From Desulfobulbus propionicus DSM 2032 (GTDB lineage Bacteria; Desulfobacterota; Desulfobulbia; Desulfobulbales; Desulfobulbaceae): DNA of 32,000 bases. Position numbers and translations under genes: made by a program. This document shows positions 17,944 through 26,733 of this stretch, piece after piece. Under the pieces are notes generated by a model. The model was not told the DNA's origin. It did no database searches and saw nothing but the letters and a program-made list of their open reading frames with translations. Numbering within the stretch: position 1 is the stretch's first letter; the number at the start of each line of letters is the position of its first letter. Location of the stretch: the NCBI RefSeq assembly GCF_000186885.1, contig NC_014972.1:3480001-3512000 (forward strand). The letters run 5' to 3'.

Positions 17944-20628
17944 TCAGCGCAGTTTGTTCAGGCGTTCGGTGGATTCGATGGTCTTGGCCAAGCGGGCGCG
18001 GATCTCGGCCTCCTTGTCCCGCTCCTTGGCCACCACCGCCTCGGGGGCGTTGCTCATGAACTTGTCGTTCCCGAGCTTGGCGACGATTCGCTCCAGCTCC
18101 TTTTCCAGCTTACCCCTCTCCCTGGCCAGCTTGTCTAGTTCGCCGACCACATCGATCAACCCCTTGAGCGGCACCACCAGTTCGACATCCTGCACCAGAG
18201 CGTGACCGGCATCGTCGGGCACCGTGGCTTCGGTGACGATGGTCAGCGCGCTGGCCCGGACCATGGCCTGGATGCCAGGGGCAAAGTCGGTGAGCAGCTG
18301 ACGCTTGGCCGCATCCGGACAAATGAGCTGGGCCTCGATCTTGGCGCTGGGGTGGACCTCGGCCTCGGTACGGATGGTGCGCAGACCGGAGATCACTCCC
18401 ATGAGCAGGTTCATCGCTGTCTCGGCCTCCGCATCCTCCCAGGCGGGATTGACCTCGGGGAAGGGTTCGAGCATGATGGTGCGCCGCTCGCCGGGCAGCT
18501 GGCTCCAGATCTCCTCGGTGACAAAGGGGCAGATGGGGTGCATCAGCTTGAGCACCTGCTCCAGCACGGTGAGCAGCACCGCCTTGGCCTGATCGCGGGC
18601 GGTGGCATCATCGCTGAACAGGTCGGCCTTGATCCACTCCAGGTACCAGTCGCAGAACTCGTGCCAGACGAACTGGTAGGAGGCCGAGGCCACTTCGTTG
18701 AAGTTGTAGCCGTCGAGCGCCGCCCGCACCTCGGCAATGGTTCCATTGATGCGGCTGAGAATCCAGCGGTGCGCCAAGGCGAGCTTCTCTGGATCGGCGG
18801 CCAGCGCCGTGATCGCCGGGTCGGCCTCCTTGAGGTGCATCTGGGCGAAGCGGGCCGCGTTCCACAGCTTGTTGATAAATCTGCGGTAGCCGTCGATGCG
18901 CTCCTCGTCCATGCGGATCTCGCGGCCCTGGGCGGCAAAGGCGGTAAGGGTGAAGCGGAAGGCGTCGGTGCCGTACTGCCCAATCATCACCAGCGGATCG
19001 ATGACGTTGCCGGTGGACTTGGACATCTTCTTGCCGAACTTGTCGCGCACCAGGGCGTGGAGATAGACGTCGTGGAACGGGACCTCGTCCATGAAGTGCA
19101 ACCCCATCATCATCATCCGCGCCACCCAGAAAAAGAGGATGTCAAAGCTGGTGATCAGCACCGAGGTAGGATAGAACGTGGCCAGTTCCTTGGTGTTTTC
19201 CGGCCAACCCAGGGTGGAGAAGGGCCACAGGGCCGAGCTGAACCAGGTATCGAGCACATCGTTTTCCTGGTGCAGCGTGGTCGAGCCGCAGAAGGGGCAG
19301 GCGTCCGGGGCGCTGACCTCGACCACCAACTGGCCGCAGCCCTCGCAGGTCCAGGCCGGAATGCGGTGGCCCCACCAGATCTGGCGGCTGATGCACCAGT
19401 CGCGGATGTTCTCCATCCAGGCGTAGAAGGTGCGGTACCAGGTATTGGGATACAGCTTGATCCGCCCTTCCTGAACCGCGGCCACCGCCTTGTCGGCCAA
19501 GGGCCGGACACTGACGAACCACTGCTTGGAAGTGGTGGGCTCGACCACCGTGCTGCAACGGTAACATTTGCCCACCGCGTGCTGGTAGTCCTCGATCTTG
19601 TCGAGAAAGCCCTGCTCCTGCAGGTCGGCCACGATCTGCTTGCGGCAGGCGAACCGGTCCAGACCCGCGTAGCTGCCGGCCTCGCTGTTCATCACTCCGT
19701 GATCATCCATCACCTTCAGCCGGGGCAGATCGTGGCGCAGGCCGATCTCGTAGTCGTCGCGGTCATGCGCCGGGGTGACCTTGAGGGCGCCGGTGCCGAA
19801 TTCGCGCTGCACGTGGTGATCGAACACCACCGGGATGGTGCGGCCGGTGAGCGGCAGGCTGATGCCGATGGTTTTCAGGTGCTGGTAGCGCTCGTCCTCG
19901 GGATGGACCGCCACCGCCGTATCGCCGAGCATGGTCTCGGGCCGGGTGGTGGCCACCACCACATGGCCACTGCCGTCGGCATACGGATAACGGATGTGGT
20001 AGAGTTTACCGTCGGTGGGGTCATGCTCGACCTCGTCGTCGGCGAGCGCCGTGTGGCAGCGCGGGCACCAGTTGACGATGTAATCGCCCTTGTAGATCAG
20101 CCCCTCCTTGTAGAGGCGAACAAAGACCTCGCGCACCGCCTTGGACAAGCCTTCGTCCATGGTGAACCGCTCCCGGTCCCAATCGCAGGAGGCGCCCATG
20201 CGTTTGAGCTGGTTGATGATCGTCCCGCCCTTCTCCTCTTTCCAGGCCCAGACCCGCTCGATGAACCGCTCCCGGCCGAGATCGTGGCGGCTCAGTTGTT
20301 CGCTGGCCAACTGGCGCTCGACCACGTTCTGGGTGGCGATGCCCGCGTGATCGGTTCCCGGTACCCACAGGGTATTGTCGCCCTTCATCCGGTGATAGCG
20401 CACCAGGAGATCCTGGAGGGTATTGTTGAGGGCGTGGCCGATGTGAAGCACGCCGGTGACGTTGGGCGGCGGAATGACGATGGAGAACGACGGCCGCCCC
20501 TCCTCCATGCGGGCGCTGAAGGTTTTTTCCTCCAGCCAGTGGGTGTACCAGCGCTGTTCGACCTCGCTGAACTCGTAGGCCTTGGGCAGATCGTATTTGT
20601 CGGGATTGTTCAAGTTTGTCGCTTGCAT
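17944..20628 (-). CDS. valS: Valine--tRNA ligase
   Basis: 'PPPNVTGVLHIGHALN' (HIGH motif), 'KKMSKSTGNVIDP' (KMSKS motif), and a C-terminal coiled coil. Start trimmed to the ATG at 20628 ('MQATNLNNPDKYDLPKAYEF'). The 69-codon upstream extension in the track looks non-coding. Confidence 0.95.
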   Translation of the reverse strand: MQATNLNNPDKYDLPKAYEFSEVEQRWYTHWLEEKTFSARMEEGRPSFSIVIPPPNVTGVLHIGHALNNTLQDLLVRYHRMKGDNTLWVPGTDHAGIATQNVVERQLASEQLSRHDLGRERFIERVWAWKEEKGGTIINQLKRMGASCDWDRERFTMDEGLSKAVREVFVRLYKEGLIYKGDYIVNWCPRCHTALADDEVEHDPTDGKLYHIRYPYADGSGHVVVATTRPETMLGDTAVAVHPEDERYQHLKTIGISLPLTGRTIPVVFDHHVQREFGTGALKVTPAHDRDDYEIGLRHDLPRLKVMDDHGVMNSEAGSYAGLDRFACRKQIVADLQEQGFLDKIEDYQHAVGKCYRCSTVVEPTTSKQWFVSVRPLADKAVAAVQEGRIKLYPNTWYRTFYAWMENIRDWCISRQIWWGHRIPAWTCEGCGQLVVEVSAPDACPFCGSTTLHQENDVLDTWFSSALWPFSTLGWPENTKELATFYPTSVLITSFDILFFWVARMMMMGLHFMDEVPFHDVYLHALVRDKFGKKMSKSTGNVIDPLVMIGQYGTDAFRFTLTAFAAQGREIRMDEERIDGYRRFINKLWNAARFAQMHLKEADPAITALAADPEKLALAHRWILSRINGTIAEVRAALDGYNFNEVASASYQFVWHEFCDWYLEWIKADLFSDDATARDQAKAVLLTVLEQVLKLMHPICPFVTEEIWSQLPGERRTIMLEPFPEVNPAWEDAEAETAMNLLMGVISGLRTIRTEAEVHPSAKIEAQLICPDAAKRQLLTDFAPGIQAMVRASALTIVTEATVPDDAGHALVQDVELVVPLKGLIDVVGELDKLARERGKLEKELERIVAKLGNDKFMSNAPEAVVAKERDKEAEIRARLAKTIESTERLNKLR

Positions 20629-20687
20629 GGGCAATGGTTGATCATGCCGCCGGGGGCGGCGGGTTGACAAGAGGCTCCCACGCCCTC

Positions 20688-21770
20688 CTAGAGTACGCTC
20701 CAGGGTTTGGGCATGAAAATCTGGGAATACAGGGTCAGGGCATAACGGTCGGTCATGCCGGCGATAAAGTCGCACACCTGGCGGTGCCGTTTTTGCTCCT
20801 CCTCCACCGACTGCACGGGATTGCGCAGGCGGCAACAGGAGCCGATGCCGTCTTCGGGGAATTCGTGCTCCAGGAAGAACGCATACAGGTCGCGGATGAT
20901 TCGCTGCGCCTTCTCGAACTCGTTGTGTACCCGGCAGTTACGATAGACGTTGTCGTAGAGAAAGGCGCGCAGTTCGGTGATGGTATCGTTCATCCGCTCG
21001 CTCAGGTGCAACCGGCCGTCGTGGCGGGCCAGGGTGGTGGCGACCAGATCACCGACCATGGCATCGATCCGCTGCGAGGAACGGTCGCCGAGCACGGCAC
21101 GCAGATGCTTGGGCAGATCGTCGTTATGCAGCATGTCGGCGCGCAGAGCGTCATCCATGTCGTGGTTGACGTAGGCCATGATGTCCGCCACCCGTACCAG
21201 CTGTCCTTCCAGGGTGGCGGCCAGCTCGGTGGTGTCGTCGGGCAGGATCTCGCCGTAGCCCTTGGAGTGTTTGAGAATGCCGTTGCGCACCTCCCAGGTG
21301 AGATTGAGGCCGCAGCCACCGTTTTCGAGAAAATCAACGATACGCAGGCTCTGGCGGTAATGCTTGAAGCCCTTGGGATGGAGCAGGTTGAGGCTGAATT
21401 CGCCGGCATGGCCAAAGGGCGTGTGGCCGAGATCGTGGCCCAGGGCAATGGCCTCGGTCAGATACTCGTTGAGCCGCAGGCAAACCGCCATGGTGCGGGC
21501 GATCTGCGAGACCTCGAGCACATGGGTGAGGCGGGTGCGATAGTGGTCGCCGGCCGGGGCGAGAAAAACCTGGGTTTTGTGCTTCAGCCGACGAAAGGTC
21601 TTGGAATGAATGATCCGATCGCGATCCCTTTGAAAGGCGGTGCGCAGATGACAGGGCGCCTCGTCGCCGAACAGCCGTCCCCTGGAGCGGCTGCTCAGGC
21701 AGGCAAAGGGAGACAGGGTGTGCCGTTCCTGTTCCTCAAGCTGCTCCCGGATGGTGCATTCCCTGGTCAT
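20688..21770 (-). CDS. dgt: dGTP triphosphohydrolase-like HD-domain protein
   Basis: 360 aa. 'RDRDRIIHSKTFRRLKHKTQVF', 'RTRLTHVLEVSQIAR', 'LGHDLGHTPFGH'. Confidence 0.85.
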   Translation of the reverse strand: MTRECTIREQLEEQERHTLSPFACLSSRSRGRLFGDEAPCHLRTAFQRDRDRIIHSKTFRRLKHKTQVFLAPAGDHYRTRLTHVLEVSQIARTMAVCLRLNEYLTEAIALGHDLGHTPFGHAGEFSLNLLHPKGFKHYRQSLRIVDFLENGGCGLNLTWEVRNGILKHSKGYGEILPDDTTELAATLEGQLVRVADIMAYVNHDMDDALRADMLHNDDLPKHLRAVLGDRSSQRIDAMVGDLVATTLARHDGRLHLSERMNDTITELRAFLYDNVYRNCRVHNEFEKAQRIIRDLYAFFLEHEFPEDGIGSCCRLRNPVQSVEEEQKRHRQVCDFIAGMTDRYALTLYSQIFMPKPWSVL

Positions 21771-21781
21771 GAGCGCTCACC

Positions 21782-22892
21782 TCAGGGCTGCCACAGGAGG
21801 TAGGCCTTGATAAAGGGATCGAGCCGCCCATCGAGGACCGCGTCCACGTTGCCCTCCTCGGTGTTGGTGCGGTGATCCTTGATCAGCCGGTAGGGCTGCA
21901 ACACATAGGAGCGGATCTGGCTGCCCCAGGCGATCTCCTTTTTGTCGCCCTGGATATTTTCCTGGGTGCGTTGCTGCTCCTCCTTTTCCCGCTCGTAGAG
22001 CCTTGCCATGAGCATCTTCATGGCCGTGGCCTTGTTGCTGTGCTGGCTGCGCTCGTTCTGGCACTGGACCACGATGCCGGTGGGAAAATGGGTGATGCGG
22101 ATGGCCGAATCGGTCTTGTTGACGTGCTGACCACCCGAACCGCTGGCCCGGTAGGTGTCGATGCGGATGTCCTTGTCGTTGATCTCGATCTCGACATCGT
22201 CATCCAATTCGGGCATGACCATCACCGAGGCGAACGAGGTGTGCCGCCGGCCGCTGGCATCGAAGGGCGAAATGCGGACCAGCCGATGAATGCCGACCTC
22301 GGAGCGGAGATAGCCGTAGGCGTATTTGCCCTTGACCATGATGGTGACGCTCTTGGTGCCGGCCTCGTCGCCGGGCAGCAGATCGAGGATGTCGGCCTTG
22401 AACCCCTTGGACTCCGCCCAGCGCAGGTACATGCGCAGGAGGATACCGACCCAGTCCTGGGCCTCGGTGCCGCCGGCCCCGGCATGGATGGTGAGGATGG
22501 CGTTGTTGGCGTCGTGCTCGCCGGAAAACATGCACTCCAGCTCCACCAGCTCGACGCGGCGGCGAAGGTCGTCCAGACCGGAAACCACCTCCTGGTAGGT
22601 GTCCTGGTCGTTCTCTTCCCGGGCCATGTCGAGCAGCATTTCGGCGTCCTCGAGATCGCCGAAATTCTTCTCCCACACCCCGATCAGATCCTGCAGCTGT
22701 CCCAACTGGCGCTGCACCCGCTTGGCCTCGCTCTGGTTGTCCCAGAAGTTGGGGCTGACCGTCTGCCGCTCCAGCAGTTCGACTTGTTCACGCTTGCCGT
22801 CTAAGTCAAAGATGCTCCTTGAGCACGAGCATTTTGCCCTTGAGGCTGTCGAGCAACTGTTTGGATTCCGCTGATTCGGTGATATCGGCCAT
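21782..22892 (-). CDS. prfB: Peptide chain release factor 2, requiring a programmed +1 frameshift
   Basis: Frame 0 runs from the ATG at 22892 and encodes 'MADITESAESKQLLDSLKGKMLVLKEHL', ending at an in-frame TGA (22808..22806). The +1 frame continues 'DLDGKREQVELLERQ...' into the 311-aa track ORF, which carries 'SPF' and 'GGQ' ('SGSGGQHVN'). Total length is about 369 aa. Confidence 0.95.
22805..22823 (-). promoter_or_regulatory. RF2 autoregulatory +1 frameshift site
   Basis: Minus strand 'CTCAAGGAGCAT CTT TGA C'. This is an SD-like AGGAG 3 nt upstream of the slippery CUU-UGA-C, as in the classical prfB site. Confidence 0.9.
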
Positions 22893-22906
22893 GGTGCACC
22901 TCATTG

Positions 22907-22944
22907 AAAAAACAAAAAAGAGACGAGCACGCCGAAAGCGTCTC
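22907..22944 (-). terminator. Intrinsic-terminator-like hairpin between lnt and prfB, abutting the prfB RBS
   Basis: Minus strand GAGACG-(13 nt loop)-CGTCTC followed by TTTTTTGTTTTTT. The prfB SD (GAGGTG) and ATG follow within 15 nt. Confidence 0.5.
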
Positions 22945-23018
22945 GCCCATGATGATACCAACAGCCTGCGTGATCGCTTTATTCCGACCGGTCAAGCTGT
23001 CTCTTTTGAAAAGGTTCT

Positions 23019-23047
23019 ATACTAAACAGAAACAGCGCAAGTCTCAA
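23019..23047 (-). promoter_or_regulatory. Candidate sigma70 promoter upstream of the prfB leader
   Basis: Minus strand TTGAGA-17 nt-TAGTAT, about 120 nt upstream of the prfB ATG. Confidence 0.3.
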
Positions 23048-23123
23048 GGAAGAAAGCCGGAATAGCGGTGAAAAACCGGCGATTCCAGCGAACGGGGTCG
23101 ACCGCGCCACGCTTGCCGTTCCC

Positions 23124-24716
23124 TCACTCCACACGGCGGAGCCGATGGAGCAGCATCAGGGGCAGAAAGAGGGCGCACGCCGCGCCGAAACGATGACCGC
23201 CGCGGTTGAACACCGTGGCCAGGTCGAGCATCGGCGCCGACTCGCTCAGCGCTGCCTCGGTGAAGATGTCGCTCTGCGCGACGATCCGTCCCGTGGGATC
23301 GACAAAACCGCTGATCCCGGTATTGGCGGCCCGGATCAGGGTGCGCTTGTTTTCCACCGCCCGCAATACCGCCATGGCCATGGACTGGTGGGGCGCGCTG
23401 GAGCGCCCATACCAGGCGTCATTGGTGATGTTGACCAGCAGATTGGCGCCGCGAATGACGCTCTCGTGGGCGATGGCCGGGAAAATTGACTCGTAACAGA
23501 CCAGCATGCCGAGTTGCAGCGGGCCAAGGCGCAGCGGGCCTCTCTGGTCGCCAGCGGTGAAATCACCGATACTGACCACCAGCGGCTCGAGGAAGGGAAG
23601 AAAGCGGCGTAGCGGCACATACTCGCCAAATGGTACCAGATGCTGTTTGGCATATTGACCGCCCAGACGGCCCTCCGGCCCAATGAGGATGGCGCCGTTG
23701 TAGTAGCGGACCGATTCGCCAGCGCCGGCTTGCCGCGGCAGCTGGTATAACGGCGCTCCGGTCAGCAGCCAGGTGTTGTTGCTTGTGGCCAGGTCGCTGA
23801 CCCGTTGCATCAGGGCATCGCGCTGCGGATAGAACGGCAGGGCGGTTTCCGGCCAGACCACCAGCTCGACATCCTGCCCCGCGATGGCTTGGCGGCTCAG
23901 CCTGAGATAGGTGTCCACCGTGGCGGCCTTGGTGGCGGGCGACCACTTGATCGCTTGATCGATATTGCCCTGGACCACGGCCACCCGGGCCTGCATCGAC
24001 CGGGCGGCAATGGCGCCGACCACCTGATAGCGGACCAGGGAATAGCCGCCGATAAACACGAGAAAGCCGACGGCCGCGATCAGCAACCATCGTTCCAAAC
24101 GGACATTCCACCGTACTCCGCGCCGCTGTCGGTCAATGATTCCAACCATCAGGCCGTTGGCCAGCACCAGGGAAAAGGTCAGCAGATGGTGACCGCCGAT
24201 ATCGGCAGCTTGGATCAACCGGGGTTGGCTGAACAGACCGTAGCCGAGATCCATCCAGGGAAACCCGCTCAGCACCAGGCCTCTGAGAAAGTCAAGCCCC
24301 ACCCAGAGCACCGGCGCCCCCCAAATCAATGGGGCAACGGAACGCTCGCGATGCCAGGAACGACCGGCGACACGGCTGGTCAACCAACAGAAAATGGCCG
24401 GAAAACAGGCCATGTAGGCGGAAAGAAGAAACAGGGCCGGCAGGGTGACCCACAGGGGCAGGCCGCCGTAGCGGCCCAGGACGATCAGAATCCAATAGAG
24501 CAGCGCCAGATGGTACACCAAGCCAAACACAAACCCGGCCAGGGCGCTGCGGCCTGGCCGGGCATAGAGGGCGATCAGCAACAGCGGCACCAGGGCGACA
24601 AACAGCAGCGGCCACCAGCCAATCCGCCCGGGCATGGCCAGGGCCAGCAGGCCGGCGGAGGCAAGGGCGGCTGAGCCGAGGGTGAGCGGGGCGTCAGGGT
24701 TGGGGTGGAATCTCAT
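23124..24716 (-). CDS. lnt: Apolipoprotein N-acyltransferase
   Basis: Multi-span N-terminal membrane domain plus a CN-hydrolase domain ('VVWPETALPF', 'KQHLVPFGEYVP', 'LVCYESIF' with the catalytic Cys). Start trimmed to the ATG at 24716 ('MRFHPNPDAP'), because the longer track ORF runs through the corC coding region. Confidence 0.9.
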   Translation of the reverse strand: MRFHPNPDAPLTLGSAALASAGLLALAMPGRIGWWPLLFVALVPLLLIALYARPGRSALAGFVFGLVYHLALLYWILIVLGRYGGLPLWVTLPALFLLSAYMACFPAIFCWLTSRVAGRSWHRERSVAPLIWGAPVLWVGLDFLRGLVLSGFPWMDLGYGLFSQPRLIQAADIGGHHLLTFSLVLANGLMVGIIDRQRRGVRWNVRLERWLLIAAVGFLVFIGGYSLVRYQVVGAIAARSMQARVAVVQGNIDQAIKWSPATKAATVDTYLRLSRQAIAGQDVELVVWPETALPFYPQRDALMQRVSDLATSNNTWLLTGAPLYQLPRQAGAGESVRYYNGAILIGPEGRLGGQYAKQHLVPFGEYVPLRRFLPFLEPLVVSIGDFTAGDQRGPLRLGPLQLGMLVCYESIFPAIAHESVIRGANLLVNITNDAWYGRSSAPHQSMAMAVLRAVENKRTLIRAANTGISGFVDPTGRIVAQSDIFTEAALSESAPMLDLATVFNRGGHRFGAACALFLPLMLLHRLRRVE

Positions 24717-25593
24717 CGTTGCGGACAATGCGCACACTTTTGATGCGACGGGGATCGGCACCGAGCACCTTGAAGGAAAGGCCGTTCTCCTCGACCACCA
24801 CACCCGGCGGCGGCACCTTGCCCAAACGATGGATGATGAACCCGCCCACCGATTCATAGGGGCCCTCAGGCAGGTTGAGACGAAAATGGGCCTCCACCTC
24901 CTCGATATCGATCTTGGCGTCGACAATCACCGTGCGCTCGTCCACCACCCGCAGCTCGGAGTCTTCGTCGTCATGCTCGTCATCGATCTCGCCGACGATC
25001 TCCTCGATCACATCCTCCAGGGTAACCAGCCCGCGCACGCCGCCGAACTCATCGACCACGATCGCCATGTGAATCTTTTTCGATTGAAACTCGCGCAGCA
25101 GTTCGGTGATTGGTTTGGATTCCGGGATAAAGGTGGCCGGGTTGAGCACCTCCTTGAGGTCGAACTCGGCGTCATTGCCACGGGCGCAGAGGGACAGCAG
25201 GTCCTTGGCGTGAAGGATGCCGACTATCTGGTCCGGATTGTCCTTGTAAATGGGGATGCGGGTGTATCCCTGCTCGTTGATCAACCGGATCAGCTCCGGC
25301 ATCGAGGAAGTGAGATCGGCGCAAACCATCTCCGCCGAAGGGGTCATGATCTCGGAAGCGATGGTTTCCCGGAAATCGAAGATGGAATTGATCAGCCGTT
25401 CCTCGTGCACGGAAATCAACCCCTGCTCCTCGCCCTCCTCCAGCAACTCCTGGATCTCATGCTCCAATTCTTCGGTGGTGTCGGGGGCGGCGCGAAAACC
25501 GAGGACGGATTTTAATTTTTCAAAAAACGACTTACCAGGGGGCTCTTCATCCGAAGGCGCCGGACTCGCCGGCGACGGCTCCACAGTTTCCAT
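24694..25593 (-). CDS. corC: CBS-pair / CorC_HlyC transporter-associated domain protein (CorC/YbeX-like Mg/Co efflux-associated)
   Basis: 299 aa. 'ASEIMTPSAEMV' and 'RIPIYKDNPDQIVGILHAKDLL' (CBS pair). 'AIVVDEFGGVRGLVTLEDVIEEIVGEIDDEHD' and the C-terminal 'EGPYESVGGFIIHRLGKVP' (CorC_HlyC). Sits upstream of lnt, as in ybeX-lnt operons. Confidence 0.85.
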   Translation of the reverse strand: METVEPSPASPAPSDEEPPGKSFFEKLKSVLGFRAAPDTTEELEHEIQELLEEGEEQGLISVHEERLINSIFDFRETIASEIMTPSAEMVCADLTSSMPELIRLINEQGYTRIPIYKDNPDQIVGILHAKDLLSLCARGNDAEFDLKEVLNPATFIPESKPITELLREFQSKKIHMAIVVDEFGGVRGLVTLEDVIEEIVGEIDDEHDDEDSELRVVDERTVIVDAKIDIEEVEAHFRLNLPEGPYESVGGFIIHRLGKVPPPGVVVEENGLSFKVLGADPRRIKSVRIVRNDEIPPQP

Positions 25594-25842
25594 ACAAAAA
25601 TAGATTCTCCTTCAACGTGAAAAAACAGGTGGTATGAAAGTAGGCCAACAACGGCTAAAGTCAAGGGATATTTCCGCGACTTTTCACCGCATCCCGGGTT
25701 CCTTGCCTCTTTGCGTCCTGCGGATCGATTCCGGATATGGTTTTTTCCCTGAGCTTCCTCTTGACGGAGAGGTACGGGTATGCTAAAAGGTGCGCCTGCA
25801 ATGCGGGTGACCAGCTTGCCCGCACCATGAACATACACTCAT

Positions 25843-25918
<76 letters not shown>

Positions 25919-25925
25919 TCATATC

Positions 25926-25959
25926 AAGCACTTAGCGAACAGTCGCTAGGTGCTTTTTT
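25926..25959 (+). terminator. Rho-independent terminator after tRNA-Lys
   Basis: AAGCACTTAGCGA-ACAG-TCGCTAGGTGCTT (13 bp, one G-U), running into a T6 tract. Confidence 0.8.
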
Positions 25960-26136
25960 ATTTAGCCCCCATCGGTCTCACCCATGACAGGATGTCGCGG
26001 AACAACGCCCTTGCCACGATGGGCCAATGTTTCTGCTTGAATTCTGCGCAAAAAATACGCATAACAATCCGAGATGCGTAGGCAACCCAAAGTTCCCCAA
26101 AATCAAAAAGTCCGTTCTTGTAACGAGGTGAGCGAC

Positions 26137-26625
26137 ATGACGAAAAAAAGAGTGCTTCTGGTGGCTGTGTTCTGTTCTTTTCTTTTCTTGCCGCACTACA
26201 CTGCCCAGGCGGCTGCCTCCTTCGCCAAACCCAATTTGGCCGGAACCTGGTTTTTATACATAACCATCAACCAGATGAACAAGGAAACAGGATCGGATCC
26301 GACCTCGTATTTTGTACAGAAATCCGCCTGTGTATGGGGCACGGTCTCCGTCAATAAAAGCGGAGTGGTCAACTCGGGAACCACTCTAACTTATTACGAT
26401 TACGAAGGTGGTTCCTCCTTGTTCACCGTGACGGGTGGTGCGCTGATCATCGCCAAGAACGGCGTGGTTACCGGCGGGATCAATGTCATTGATTCGAGCC
26501 ATCAGACCGACACGATCACCATCGCGAACAGCAAGATGGAACCCGGCAAGAAGATGATCGCTGGAATCGTCAAGGACGCCGGGCACACCAAAAGCTACGG
26601 CATGTTCTCCGCAGTAAAACGATAG
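26137..26625 (+). CDS. Orphan secreted beta-rich protein (hypothetical)
   Basis: Start at the ATG at 26137 with GAGGTG 6 nt upstream. Signal peptide 'MTKKRVLLVAVFCSFLFLPHYTAQA'. Mature part is rich in G/T/S/V with short beta-strand-like runs ('LAGTWFLYITI', 'SLFTVTGGALIIAKNGVVTGGINVI'). Markedly lower GC than its surroundings. I recognise no family. Confidence 0.55.
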   Translation: MTKKRVLLVAVFCSFLFLPHYTAQAAASFAKPNLAGTWFLYITINQMNKETGSDPTSYFVQKSACVWGTVSVNKSGVVNSGTTLTYYDYEGGSSLFTVTGGALIIAKNGVVTGGINVIDSSHQTDTITIANSKMEPGKKMIAGIVKDAGHTKSYGMFSAVKR

Positions 26626-26676
26626 GGCCGTCGCCGTCTCTTGAAGATGTGTTGTTGAAACGGCTTTCCACACCAC

Positions 26677-26714
26677 AAAGCCGGTCACCTGAAGGTGACC
26701 GGCTTTTTTGTTTT
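26677..26714. terminator. Strong hairpin terminator shared by the convergent genes 26137-26625 (+) and 26734-27849 (-)
   Basis: AAAGCCGGTCACC-TGAA-GGTGACCGGCTTT followed by TTTGTTTT on the plus strand. An A-rich 5' flank gives a weaker U-tract on the minus strand. Lies 20 nt from the GT stop codon. Confidence 0.85.
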
Positions 26715-26733
26715 ATCCGCCATGGCGCTCCGC

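Noticed and set aside
20629-20835. N-terminal extensions of the track ORFs: valS +69 codons, lnt 24717-24926, HTH protein 10847-11176, GT 27850-28110, subunit 1 28068-28388, chaperone 29355-29447, secreted protein 26074-26136.
   Set aside because: The extensions run into neighbouring genes or intergenic AT-rich DNA, are Arg/Pro-rich or otherwise unlike the family N-termini, and in each case an internal start agrees better with the family N-terminus or signal peptide (several also have a good SD).
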